Positions 54,501-61,033 of a stretch of DNA of 64,000 bases are shown piece by piece; within the stretch, counting starts at the first letter, position 1, and each line of letters begins with the position of its first letter. The stretch is from Octopus sinensis (Eukaryota), in assembly GCF_006345805.1 (NCBI RefSeq), contig NC_043005.1, positions 21,018,001-21,082,000 on the forward strand, in the 5' to 3' direction. A model generated the notes under the pieces. It worked only from the letters and a program-made list of their open reading frames with translations, was not told the DNA's origin and made no database searches. The translations under genes and the position numbers were made by a program.

Positions 54501-57500
54501 GAGAACAACTAAAGTCAATATGTGAAAAGGACAATAAATGGACTCCAGTAAAGTCTAAGTGTAAAGGTAATGTAAATGGCTTCCCTCTTGTTACTGTCTA
54601 GATACTTTTATTTTATTTTTTGCAGTTAAATGTCTTTGTAAGAGAAGGCTTGGTTGACTCCATGATAATTTCCCTGGTGTTTGTCGCTGGTGGGAGACAG
54701 AGGGTAATCCAACTGTCATGCACTTCTGTACTTCCTTTAGGGACATGAGGCACTCATTCTTTGTGCTCCTACCCCCTGCTTCCCAAAACAAGTTGCAGGC
54801 AAAACATTTTTCAAATGAACCCTTCTATTTATTTTCTGAATGCATCCTTTGTTTACTCATGTGACAGGCATGCAGTATAGTTATTCCTTTGAGCCCTTTT
54901 CATATTGCATCTTGCTTTGAGCTTACTTGCATCAGGTGCCAAACTGGTATTTTTATTGGACTCAAAAATATGTATACTCTAGATAAAGATAGTTATGGTC
55001 GGTTTCATTTCCATAAAGCACTTAGCTTTACATATGACTCATCAGATCCTAATGGCCAGTGGCCTATAACCACTCTTCAAATTGGAAGGAGAAAAGGCCT
55101 CATTGTAAGTTTTTGAACACACAGGCAAAGAAGAAATGTCTTGTGCAAGTGATTTCTTAAATTCCAGGACGGAAGACTTCAGATCCTGCTTACACTTCAG
55201 TTGATTCCTACTGATTTTGGGGCTCACAAGCTGACTGGGTGGATTCTGGATAGTGGTCTAAGGGAGACAATCCCATATGCTTGACCTTTGTGTTTTCAAA
55301 ATCTAGCCATGAGACCTTTTTTCCTTCTATTTTGACGAGAGGTTATAGGTCACCGGTTGTTAGGACCTGACACGATATATGTAAAACTAAGCACTTTATG
55401 GGTTCAAAACCCTGGGTAACCCTATGAACTATCTTTCATCATCATCGTTTAACATCCACCTTCCATGCTGGCATGGGAGGGATGGTTTGACAGGAGCTAG
55501 CTAGGCACAAGCTTGCACCAGATTTGTGTGACTGTTTTGGCAGGATTTTTACAGCTGGGTGCCCTTCCTAACACCAACCACCCAGCAGAGTAGACTTAGT
55601 GCTTTTTACATGGCACAAGCACAAGTAAGATCAGTTTTGGCAAGGTTTTTACAGCTGGATGCCCTTCTAAATACCAACCACTTTACAGTGTGGACTGGAT
55701 GCTTTTTAAGTGGCACCTGCAAGGCAAATATCTTTTGAGAGGAAAGGGAGCATTAGAGGAGGTGATCTTGTGTCAGATGATAACAGGTTATAATATGACA
55801 GAGAGACAGAAACAGGTGCCTTGCTGTAGAGGAGGTTCAAGGTAACCCGGTTAGAGAGTGAGAGAGAGAGAGATCAAGAATGATGACAGAAACAGGTGTG
55901 TTGCTGCAAAGGAAATACATCGTTACACAACCTGAGGGAAGTACAGGAGAAGGAGAGAGAGAGTGGGGGCATTGGGAGAGAGATAGGGGCAAAGTGCCAG
56001 GCATACTCACAAGGAACAAGGATCAGAATATAAATGGGATGGTCAAGTAAAGGCAGAGAGATACAGATGGTGGCAAGAGCCAGGGCATACCCTTGAAGTT
56101 TGAGGGTCATAATATAAGTGGCAGGATATTGCCTAAGAAACATGATTAGTGAGTGGGGAGGGGAAGTGAGTGATGAAACCCTGGGTATATAGAGTGGGTG
56201 GTGGCTACTGGATAGCAATGATATAGGGAAACAGGGCCGTGAGGACAGGATTGGGGAGTGAGAGGTAGGCATAGTGCATGAAGGAGAAAATGCGAGGAAG
56301 AGAAGAGATAGATTGGTTTGTTGGGGTAGGGCGCATGAAAAGTTTTCTTGTTGCGTATGGGTGGAATACACAGGTCAGGGCTAACAGATAGCAATGATAG
56401 AGTGAGACAGGGCCAAGAGGACAGGATTGGGGAGTGGGAGGTAAGCATTGTGCATGAAGTGGAAATGTGAGAACAGAAGAGATGTAGTTTGGTTTGTTGT
56501 GGTAGGATGTGTGAGAAGTTTTCTTGAGACACACAGTGCTTCTAGAACTCAGTTTCACTGACATGGGTAGGACTTCTCAAGAACCTCATATCGCCAGACA
56601 TCTCTGTCCATTGTCATTTCTTCCATGAGGTCTAACATCCTGAGATCATTCCATACTACTTCAGCCCATGTCTTCTTGGGTATCTCTCTTCTGTGGGTAC
56701 CATCCACTTTCAGTGATCACCACTTCTTTATGCAGCTGTCGTCATGCATATCTTTTGCATGTCCAAACCAAAGTAGACTTCTCTCTTGAATGCTACATAT
56801 AATTCCTCTTATGCCCAACTTTTCTCTCAATACATTTGCACTTTGTCATACATGCACACTGATGTTGCACATCAAATGGAGCATACTTCCTTCATTTCTT
56901 CCTAGTCAATGAATGCCTTCTGCATTCAGAGCCCATGTCTCCCTACCATGGAGTATAGCCATGTGCACAAAATATATATATATATATATATATAGGGATA
57001 GATGCATGGTTAGTAAGAGCTGTGCAAGCCATGTACAGGGACACTGTCAGTAAGGTGAGGGTTGGCAATGAGTACAGTGAAGAATTCCAGGTAGAGGTAG
57101 GGGCCCTCCAAGATTCAGTCCGCAGCCCCCTCCTATTTATCATAGTCCTCCAGGCAATAACAGAGGAATTCAAGACAGGAAGCCCCTGGGAGCTCCTCTA
57201 TGCTGACGACCTTGCTCTAATTGCTAAGTCACTATCAGAACTAGAGGAGAAGTTTCAGGTGTGGAAACAAGGATTAGAATCGAAGGGCCTTAGAGTCATC
57301 CTAGCTAAAACCAAAGCCCTAATAAGTTGGAAGGCAGGTAAACCACAAGTCCCTTCAAGTAGATGGCCCTGTTCAATCTGTAGAAAAGGCGTAGGTAGAA
57401 ACTCTATAAGATGTACCCAGTGTATGCTATGGACACATAAGAGGTGCAGCAATATCAAAGGATGGCTAACTGGGAAGATAGTTTTTGTATGTGGCAGATG

Positions 57501-60500
57501 CTCGGAAGCAATAAATAACACTGAAAATGTGCAAAGAACAACTTACACCACATTCCAGGGAGAAAAACTAGTAGTAGTTGATAGCTTCCATTACCTAGGT
57601 GACCAAGTCCGTAGCGGGGGAGGGTGCACTGAAAGTGTAGCTGCTAGAATAAGAATAGCCTGGACAAAGTTCAGAGAGCTCTTACCTCTGCTGGTGACAA
57701 ATGGCTTCTTGCTCAGAGTAAACACATGTGTACGAACAGCCATGCTACATGGCAGTGAAACATGGGCCATAACTGCTGAGAACATGTGTAAGCTCACAAG
57801 GATTCAGGCCAGTATGCTCCAATGGATGTGTAATGTCAGTATGCATACACGACAGAGTGTAAGTACCTTGAGAGAAAAATTGGACCTAAAATGCATCAAA
57901 TGTGGTGTGCAAGAGAGACGACTGCACTGGTATGGTCATGTGGTGATAATGGATGAGGATAGCTGTGTGAGGGAACCTGTGGAAGAGGTAGACCCAGGAA
58001 GACCTCACTGAGGGAATGACTAATGACCAAGACCTTTGGAGATATGCTGTGCTTGAGAAGACCCGGCAAGCCAAGTGAGCCCATAACCTTGTGGCCTATG
58101 CCAGGGGTGTAACCAGCCCACTTATGCATACCTTTCCTTCATTTGACACTAAACTCTGCTTGCGAAGACCTGTTGAGGCAAGTGAAATCGAAATTGATGA
58201 CTGGCATCCGTACTAGTGGAATGCTAAGAGCACCATCCGAGCCTGATCATTGCTAGAGCAGCTAACTGGCTTCTGCGCCAGTCGCACGTAGAAAGCACCA
58301 TTTGAGCATGAGCGTTACCAGCATTGCCTCACTGGCACTTGTGCTGGTGACTCATGAAAAAACATTCGAGTGAGGTCGTTGCCAGTGCTGCTGGACTGGT
58401 TCCTGTGCAGGTGGCATGTAAAAAACACCATTTGAGCATGCCAGTACCACCTGACTGGCCCTCGTGCCAGTGGCACGTAAAAGCACCCATTACACTCTCG
58501 GAGTGGTTGGCGTTAGGAAGGACATCCAGCTGTAGAAACTCTGCCAGATCAGATTGAAGCCAGGTGCAGCCTTCTGGTTTGCCAGTCCTCAGTCTAATCA
58601 TCCAACCCATGCTAGCATGGAAAGCAGACATTAAACGATGATGGTGATGATGATGATATATATATGTCTTTGTACCTATTTCTTCATTTTGTTTCACTCA
58701 GTGTTATTATCTTTTCATTCTCATACTCCTAATATACATACACTATTGGTATCAGTTTCTGTTTTCAATTTCAGCTTTTGAAGATATTGACTGTGGAAAT
58801 CCAAAAGACATTGCTGGTGCAGCAATGTCCTACAAAACCACTACCTATAAATCTGAAGTAACCTATACTTGTCCAAAGGGAGAGCAACTAAAGTCAGTAT
58901 GTGAAAAGAACAACAAGTGGACTCCAATAGCTTCTACCTGTAAAGGTAACATGAATAGCTTCTCTTTTGTTGTCTTTCTCTATGTAATTTAGTTTTATTT
59001 TTGTATTAAATGTTTGTCAGAAAATTCCATGATAATTTTATGTACAATATTATATCCTGAGTCTTTCATTACTAAAATTTGGCAATCTTCTGGAAGTGAC
59101 TTCTGATGTTATCTTCCAATCACCACCCTTAATTATGATAATACTACTTATAATAATGATGATTTCTGATTTAGACAAAAAGGTAACAAAAGTGTTTTGT
59201 CAATATCAAGAACCTGATTGACACATAAATTATTGACCCCAGCAAGTGTGAAAGACAAAGTTGTCTTTGGTTTGATTTCAATTAATTTCAAGTCAGATAA
59301 CCAGAATACATACTGTAAGGCATTTCTTCCATTTTTCTAAGTAGTATACTTGTCCTCCTCCCTCCTCTTCTTCACATCCTCATCCTCCTAATCAAACATT
59401 CATTTTACATAGTGGCATGAGTTGGACATTTTAACAGAGTACAATGACCTACAGAGCTGCATCAGGCCCAAATGTCAGTTTTTGCATGGTTTCTATGGTT
59501 AGATAACCATCCTAATGCCAACCACATCGCAGTATGTACTTAGTGATTATTGTCATGACACTGCCCCTAGTGAGGTCAACAAGTAACATGAAAAACAAAG
59601 TAAAGGAAAAGAAAGAGAAAGACCCCTACACTAAGAGGGAGTGTCTTACCACAGAGATATATGGCTACCCCACAATATGTGAGGGTGGGCGACAGTAGCT
59701 GGAAGGGAGAAAAAGGTGGTGATGATATTTCTCCACTAATCCTCAATTGATTGCAAGAACAGAACATCCATGAATTCCATTGTCCAGGTCCTGCATACTA
59801 TATTTTCTGAAGTCCATCGGATTACATTAGATAATCCTGTCTACCCTTTTGAAGAGAGTTGGGCGTGACTGAGAGAGATTTTAATATTTCTAACATGTTG
59901 AGTGTCTACGTAAGGGCTTCCACAGCAGTTGATCTACAGTAACTGTGGAACTTAGTATTGCAAGTTAACTGATATGACAAGCTTTTCCTCTGATATTATC
60001 TGTTGCCTGATTCAGAACAACCCCCATGTCCTTTAAATAGTCATGGCAATGATGATGGACGATGTTAACATAATTATTGCTAAAACAAACACTGTCATTG
60101 ACCCACAGATTTACTCAGGCTTGATATGGACTGTTTTAATGACACAAGTGTAGAAGGGTGGGTGGCCTCAGAATTTCATAACATGGCTGTTTCTGTCATG
60201 ACTAGCTTATTAAAAAAAATCAAAATAACATCCCATTGTAATCAATTAGAAATTCATCGTTTATGTACTTAGTCAAATGTAATTATGGAAAGCTATGAGA
60301 TTGTATGGTATTTATGTCATTCTCACAAGCACTAACTTCAACAAAAAGTGAACTGACTTCAACTAAGATTCAAACCCGTATTTAGTTACCTCCTTTTACA
60401 TTCTGGGTTCAAATGCCAACAGGATATAACATGCCTTCCATACTTCTGAGGTTACTTTATTTTTGTGTATCCTCACTGAAGAATGTGTTGAATTAAGCCT

Positions 60501-61033
60501 AAATTAAGAGTAATTATTATTAATATTGTTACTAGCATCATTTTAATTATATCTGCAGTTAAGTGTGATATATTTGCAAAATGTGTTGTATTTTTTCTGG
60601 CATTTTAACTTCTGAGTTAAAATTCTACTGATGTGAACTTTGCCCTGTAAAATAAAAAGTTAGTCAAGTTTGTGTAGGGGCAGTTGCAATTTTATTCAAA
60701 AATTCACCCCTCAAAGTTTTGGCCTTATTTCTGTTAGAAATTAAATTATATTGCTGTTAATTTTCATTGGTATAACTTTTACTTTAATTTCAGATACTCA
60801 GATGCATTTTGTGAAAGTAGAAAATGCAATTCTGAATGTAATGGGGAAAGTTTTGTGGAATAAGGAAAATGTAACAGCAGATGCTTGTGCAGAAAAATGT
60901 TTTTCCGACAAAAGTTGTTTGTCATTCGAATTAATTAAAAGCAGTGGAAAATGTTATCTATCAAAGCAAACTGCAGCTTCCACTGAGAAATTAAAATCGG
61001 CCAAAAGCACAGATTATTACCAACGAATAGTTT
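965..61033 (+). CDS. Partial multi-exon gene for a large extracellular repeat protein (Sushi/CCP plus two PAN/Apple subtypes): join(965..1135,3738..3974,11637..11867,18600..18770,22202..22438,30113..30346,31995..32165,39224..39463,40646..40876,41073..41243,45667..45906,49692..49925,54396..54566,58775..58945,60794..61033), 5' and 3' incomplete
   Basis: All 15 exons have a pyrimidine tract plus AG acceptor and a GT donor. Every length is a multiple of 3, all are phase 1-1, there are no internal stops, and Cys/Trp patterns are conserved. Total 3150 nt = 1050 codons. Many N-x-S/T sequons. Confidence 0.9.
3738..3974 (+). CDS. Exon A1, PAN/Apple domain subtype A
   Basis: actctag|ATGCTCAG...GTAAAAT|gtaatt; 237 nt; DAQIHFVK...DACAEKCFSDKTCVSFEILKTSGLCYL...RDYYQRVK (PAN core C-x3-C-x5-C-x-SF...C-Y-L). 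Confidence 0.88.
5290..6610 (-). mobile_element. Degenerate RTE-clade LINE fragments (RT region, plus an adjacent C-terminal piece)
   Basis: ORFs 5569..5949 (GRNSVRCTQCKLWTHKRC...FCYLHDQ...RIRIGWANFRELLPLL) and 6339..6584 (QERQLCWYGHV...KTWDE) are homologous to the copy at 57022; boundaries approximate. Confidence 0.85.
8230..8330 (+). mobile_element. tRNA-derived SINE head of an octopus-type SINE family
   Basis: tgtggtaagaagcttactttcgaaccacatgattccaggttcagtcc has A/B-box-like motifs; related copies at about 33915..34065 (+), 40375..40530 (-) and 44612..44765 (-). Confidence 0.65.
8775..10860 (+). mobile_element. 5'-truncated, degenerate Ty3/Gypsy LTR retrotransposon (RNase H, integrase, PPT, start of 3' LTR)
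   Basis: RNase H: PVLQYAD...SSEGLGAVLMQ...TDHKPLE. Integrase Zn finger: IHDAHFGVTKC...CSVC. Integrase core: DNGLQF...YPQSNRQGER. Stops and frameshifts present. Polypurine tract aaagaagggcga is followed by TGTAAT at 10771. Confidence 0.9.
11637..11867 (+). CDS. Exon B1, PAN/Apple domain subtype B
   Basis: ttaccag|CTGACAAG...GATCCAG|gtcagt; 231 nt; DKPLKLKKV...ECNEACQQYEGCNSYEYNDQDKLCGLSNVT...GNWDVYIIDP. Confidence 0.9.
12068..12103 (-). ncRNA. Minimal type I hammerhead-like motif with a variant core, inside a dispersed repeat
   Basis: Minus strand reads CTTT-CTGCTGA-AGAGC-ATAG-ACTC-GAAA-CG-TA-AAAG: stem I CTTT/AAAG, core CUGCUGA instead of CUGANGA, GAAA, GUA site. Confidence 0.55.
12595..12684 (-). 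ncRNA. Type I hammerhead ribozyme motif, degenerate stems
   Basis: Minus strand reads gctatct-CTGATGA-g...atga-GAAAC-tgattg-GTA-agaccagc. Confidence 0.6.
13258..13347 (+). ncRNA. Type I hammerhead ribozyme motif with GAAA changed to TAAA, probably inactive
   Basis: gctacct-CTGATGA-GCAT...ATGC-TAAA-CCAATTGG-TA-agatcagc; palindromic stem III. Confidence 0.6.
13950..14885 (-). mobile_element. Penelope-like element remnant (GIY-YIG endonuclease and 3' region)
   Basis: ORF 14409..14696 KNIIHVLKCRGCDEDYIGQTSLTLRDRLMVH matches the Penelope GIY-YIG pattern N-x-IY-x3-C-x2-C-x3-YIGQT; boundaries approximate. Confidence 0.8.
14890..15870 (+). mobile_element. Degenerate Tc1/mariner transposon
   Basis: Catalytic-region remnants LVFTEEKK, QQDLASSH and HPDLNLLDFSV; boundaries approximate. 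Confidence 0.75.
15950..17000 (+). mobile_element. Degenerate Tc1/mariner-like transposon
   Basis: TIR-like start gagttaccaaaaaatgtatacacactt; N-terminal WYFKFENVVEVQ; SHSPYLTPVDFYY resembles the SPDLTPxDF motif. Confidence 0.7.
17060..17955 (+). mobile_element. Degenerate RTE LINE (RT and C-terminus)
   Basis: tgggagttcatctatgctgatgaacttg encodes WEFIYADEL; collinear with the copy at 57022..58011. Confidence 0.85.
18010..18410 (+). mobile_element. Tc1/mariner 3' fragment
   Basis: tctccagatctcaatccattggcctactatgtg encodes SPDLNPLAYYV; ends in the TIR-like aaataccttacacccc-ta. Confidence 0.6.
18600..18770 (+). CDS. Exon S2, Sushi/CCP domain (absent from the ORF track)
   Basis: tttccag|TTTTTAAA...TGTAAAG|gtaatg; 171 nt; FKIVDCGPPKDITGASKSYKSTTYKSKVIYTCPEGEKLRSICAEDDKWTPVASSCK. 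Confidence 0.9.
19610..20230 (+). mobile_element. RTE LINE fragment
   Basis: ORF 19684..19977 FICGRC...FCYLGDHI...RIRIGWRKFIELLPLL. Confidence 0.85.
22202..22438 (+). CDS. Exon A2, PAN/Apple subtype A
   Basis: attccag|TCACTGAG...GTAAAAT|gtaatt; 237 nt; TELHFVKVKDAILDVSGKRLVKENVTADVCAEKCLYNSKCLAFEITKESGNCYL...RDYYQRVK. Confidence 0.88.
22725..22816 (+). repeat. (GGT)n/(AGT)n microsatellite
   Basis: Read directly from the sequence. Confidence 0.95.
24804..24857 (-). ncRNA. Mirror hammerhead copy; stem III/cleavage triplet mutated from CGATCGTA to CGATCATA
   Basis: Reverse complement of aaccactatgatcgtttcgtgtcagcacttctatgagacattcttcaggtggtt. Confidence 0.6.
25152..25205 (+). ncRNA. Type I hammerhead ribozyme of the Penelope-like element type
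   Basis: AACCAC-CTGAAGA-A-TGTC-(13 nt)-GACA-C-GAAA-CGATCG-TA-GTGGTT: 6-bp stem I, intact CUGANGA/GAAA core, palindromic stem III, GUA cleavage triplet ending at 25199. Confidence 0.75.
25464..26400 (+). mobile_element. 5'-truncated CR1/L2-like LINE (RT C-terminus)
   Basis: SYADGTK...MQFNASKFQAL...DLGIEMS...ILSRLDYCSQLW...LEAVQRHYTK...LSYWDRLKELQLYSLERRRER, with stops. Confidence 0.85.
27000..27420 (-). mobile_element. Highly degraded RTE fragment with a (GA)n microsatellite
   Basis: Reverse strand contains agagtagaatagagaaagttcagagagcttttatctttgctgataacaaaa, similar to the RTE RT C-terminus. Confidence 0.55.
27471..28347 (+). mobile_element. Internally deleted mariner element
   Basis: TIR tgagtcggtatcaataagttccttgactag matches the reverse complement of ctagtctatgaaccttttgataccagctca; 5' TA; ANVKFCVKLGKSATE and PYSPDLAP remnants. 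Confidence 0.85.
30113..30346 (+). CDS. Exon B2, PAN/Apple subtype B
   Basis: tctctag|CAAAAGAA...AACCCAG|gtcagt; 234 nt; KEDIVTFKK...ECAKACNLNPSCNSYEYNEKFKLCDRSNVT...GNWDVYIRNP. Confidence 0.9.
30410..30690. repeat. Compound (GT)n, (TA)n and (AAT)n microsatellites
   Basis: Read directly; explains the low-complexity ORFs in this region. Confidence 0.95.
30880..31150 (-). mobile_element. Fragment of the same repeat family as 25013..25390 (probably Penelope-like), with half of a hammerhead motif
   Basis: agggaatatgattccaaacttacagggaaaaattcaatttag resembles the reverse complement of 25338..25378; minus strand GAAACacatGTAgtc near 31113..31127. Confidence 0.55.
31486..31655 (+). mobile_element. 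RTE LINE RT N-terminal fragment
   Basis: GVIPIDWCSSIIVNCYKGMGHAQDKNSYRDIKLL resembles the IPxxW...YKGKGD...YRGIKLL motif. Confidence 0.75.
31995..32165 (+). CDS. Exon S3, Sushi/CCP domain
   Basis: tttccag|ATTTTGTA...TGTAAAG|gtaaca; 171 nt; DFVLIDCGTPREVSGSLKSYNSTNYKSEATYTCPNGEQVKSVCEKDNKWTSVPFSCK. Confidence 0.9.
33678..33849 (+). repeat. 86-bp tandem duplication
   Basis: actctatcctacaaatcctcttgctcagg...gtgtagccca at 33678 and 33764, nearly identical. Confidence 0.95.
34071..35338 (+). mobile_element. Degenerate Tc1/mariner transposon with TIRs and TA target-site duplication
   Basis: ta|cagggggtaatgggtaaattgtc ... acagtttatgcatcgcaccctg|ta; ORF remnants KKRTPEFVGEIQAMIDNNPS and YVWQQNSSPYHTS. 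Confidence 0.85.
36020..38375 (-). mobile_element. Deleted R2-superfamily (Hero/NeSL-like) LINE flanked by about 200-bp direct repeats
   Basis: N-terminal C2H2 finger FRCKLCCRTFVTKSDLKIHQGKAC (37582..37911); C-terminal RFLIHSSYDVLLSLANLIRW...CKC...TLKHILS (36778..37182); 36020..36219 resembles 38167..38373. Confidence 0.75.
39224..39463 (+). CDS. Exon A3, PAN/Apple subtype A
   Basis: attctag|ATTCTCAG...GTAAAAT|gtaatt; 240 nt; DSQIHFVKIKDAALDETGKTLWSKKKVTVDACAEKCFSDETCLSFEITKGSGLCYL. Confidence 0.88.
39567..39790 (+). repeat. Near-identical copy of 33580..33884 lacking the 86-bp duplication
   Basis: ttaagaatgttatccatagaaaaccctgaac...ttgaaggaaa occurs at both places. Confidence 0.95.
40646..40876 (+). 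CDS. Exon B3, PAN/Apple subtype B
   Basis: ttttcag|CTGACAAG...ACCCCAG|gttagt; 231 nt; DKPLQIKRV...TCNEACFQYPDCNSYEYNEKDKLCDLSRVT...GIWDSYTITP. Confidence 0.9.
41073..41243 (+). CDS. Exon S4, Sushi/CCP domain
   Basis: actttag|TTTACATG...TGCAAAG|gtaatg; 171 nt; YMKIDCGPPKDIADTSKSYNTTTYNSEVTYICPGGEKFKSICKEDDKWTPVVTNCK. Confidence 0.9.
43275..43810. repeat. Diverged inverted repeat (arms about 43275..43400 and 43590..43810)
   Basis: atatttacagaacaaatttacatgga pairs with tccatataaatttgttctgtaaaaat; (GA)n versus (CT)n tails; the opposite-strand ORFs 43208..43429 and 43575..43832 translate similarly. Confidence 0.75.
43888..43973 (+). ncRNA. Degenerate type I hammerhead motif
   Basis: catc-CTGATGA-ggGGAG-TGTCTG...CGGACA-tat-CTCC-GAAAC-agcccATC-aatg; good stem II, eroded stems I and III. 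Confidence 0.5.
45667..45906 (+). CDS. Exon A4, PAN/Apple subtype A
   Basis: actctag|ATACTCAT...TTAAAAT|gtaatt; 240 nt; DTHITFMKIKDAILDVSGKTLWNKKNVTAKACEKKCLSDENCLSFEINVKSRQCYL. Confidence 0.88.
45988..46390 (+). mobile_element. Mariner 5' fragment
   Basis: ta-tgagggtgagttgaaaagttcatagg TIR-like start; DNAPALSTVQKWVADF helix-turn-helix remnant. Confidence 0.7.
46990..47480 (-). mobile_element. RTE LINE AP-endonuclease fragment
   Basis: LIFLAGDFQRHVG...GFGLRNEVGRSLLEFCDAN...SQINYIL resembles the GDFN and GFGxRN motifs. Confidence 0.85.
47960..48425 (+). repeat. Two adjacent short tandem duplications (about 85 bp and about 140 bp)
   Basis: aaatgtctgat...ggaactctaacacagaa twice; gtccrtgcgaaggatttaagtcag...tgtgtggaacaa twice. 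Confidence 0.8.
48542..48630 (-). ncRNA. Degenerate type I hammerhead motif
   Basis: Minus strand reads atgcag-CTGAAGA-ttgctc...gagtcgcat-GAAA-CGATCA-TA-cagcat; same layout as 25152..25205. Confidence 0.55.
48770..49283 (-). repeat. Inverted copy of the repeat at 1..600, with a single 42-bp unit
   Basis: Direct reverse-complement match; one copy of gagtgtcgtagagtttagtaacatccaatgaacactg. Confidence 0.85.
49692..49925 (+). CDS. Exon B4, PAN/Apple subtype B
   Basis: cttccag|TCGATGAT...AATCCAG|gtaagt; 234 nt; DDEHIIFKNVSL...KCNESCHQRERCTSYAYNVNNKVCNLSHVT...GGWDVYIINP. Confidence 0.9.
50568..50815 (+). repeat. Minisatellite, about 24-bp unit, about 10 copies
   Basis: Approximate consensus gtgcttttatgtggcaccacacaag. 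Confidence 0.8.
50840..51380 (-). mobile_element. RTE LINE C-terminal fragment
   Basis: KGFSLQVKGRLYDACIHTTILHGSEMWAL...EANMLHWMCNV; KVDGTCGSGRCKKTW. Confidence 0.85.
51400..54095 (+). mobile_element. Highly degraded R4/Dong-like (RLE) LINE interrupted by a mariner
   Basis: Remnants LDYWKAFHPISHL, GIFQRDNL, HNFFVDDMKIYAK, CYKYLAI and ISSCPKMTKRYHLPMQLDTVAK. Confidence 0.65.
53199..54047 (-). mobile_element. Mariner element nested inside the LINE
   Basis: TIRs caagggggtacccaaaagaaacc / ccagttacttttgggtaccccctcg; MADKREQHASVKFCFLLGKTATKTVVMFQTAYK is a mariner N-terminus. Confidence 0.85.
54396..54566 (+). CDS. Exon S5, Sushi/CCP domain (absent from the ORF track)
   Basis: tttccag|TTTACATA...TGTAAAG|gtaatg; 171 nt; YIQIDCETPKDIVGTSKSYKNTTYKSEVTYICQGGEQLKSICEKDNKWTPVKSKCK. 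Confidence 0.9.
56211..56535. repeat. Tandem direct repeat, about 176-bp period, 2 copies, purine-rich
   Basis: gatagcaatgata...gaggacaggattggggagtg...gttttcttg at 56211 and 56387. Confidence 0.85.
56560..56965 (-). mobile_element. RTE LINE 3' fragment
   Basis: Reverse strand encodes a degraded ETWALNAE...REKLGIRGI...LWFGH region. Confidence 0.7.
56995..58200 (+). mobile_element. 5'-truncated RTE-clade LINE with a 329-aa open RT frame
   Basis: ORF 57022..58011: VGALQDSVRSPLLF, ELLYADDLAL, GLRVILAKTK, a C4HC3 finger, FHYLG, RRLHWYGHV; internal deletions present. Confidence 0.92.
58775..58945 (+). CDS. Exon S6, Sushi/CCP domain (absent from the ORF track)
   Basis: atttcag|CTTTTGAA...TGTAAAG|gtaaca; 171 nt; FEDIDCGNPKDIAGAAMSYKTTTYKSEVTYTCPKGEQLKSVCEKNNKWTPIASTCK. 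Confidence 0.9.
60794..61033 (+). CDS. Exon A5, PAN/Apple subtype A
   Basis: atttcag|ATACTCAG...ATAGTTT|gtaatt; 240 nt; DTQMHFVKVENAILNVMGKVLWNKENVTADACAEKCFSDKSCLSFELIKSSGKCYL. Confidence 0.88.

Noticed and set aside
57022-58011. 329-aa ORF as a host gene or active retrotransposon
   Set aside because: It is a 5'-truncated RTE RT with internal deletions and no endonuclease domain.
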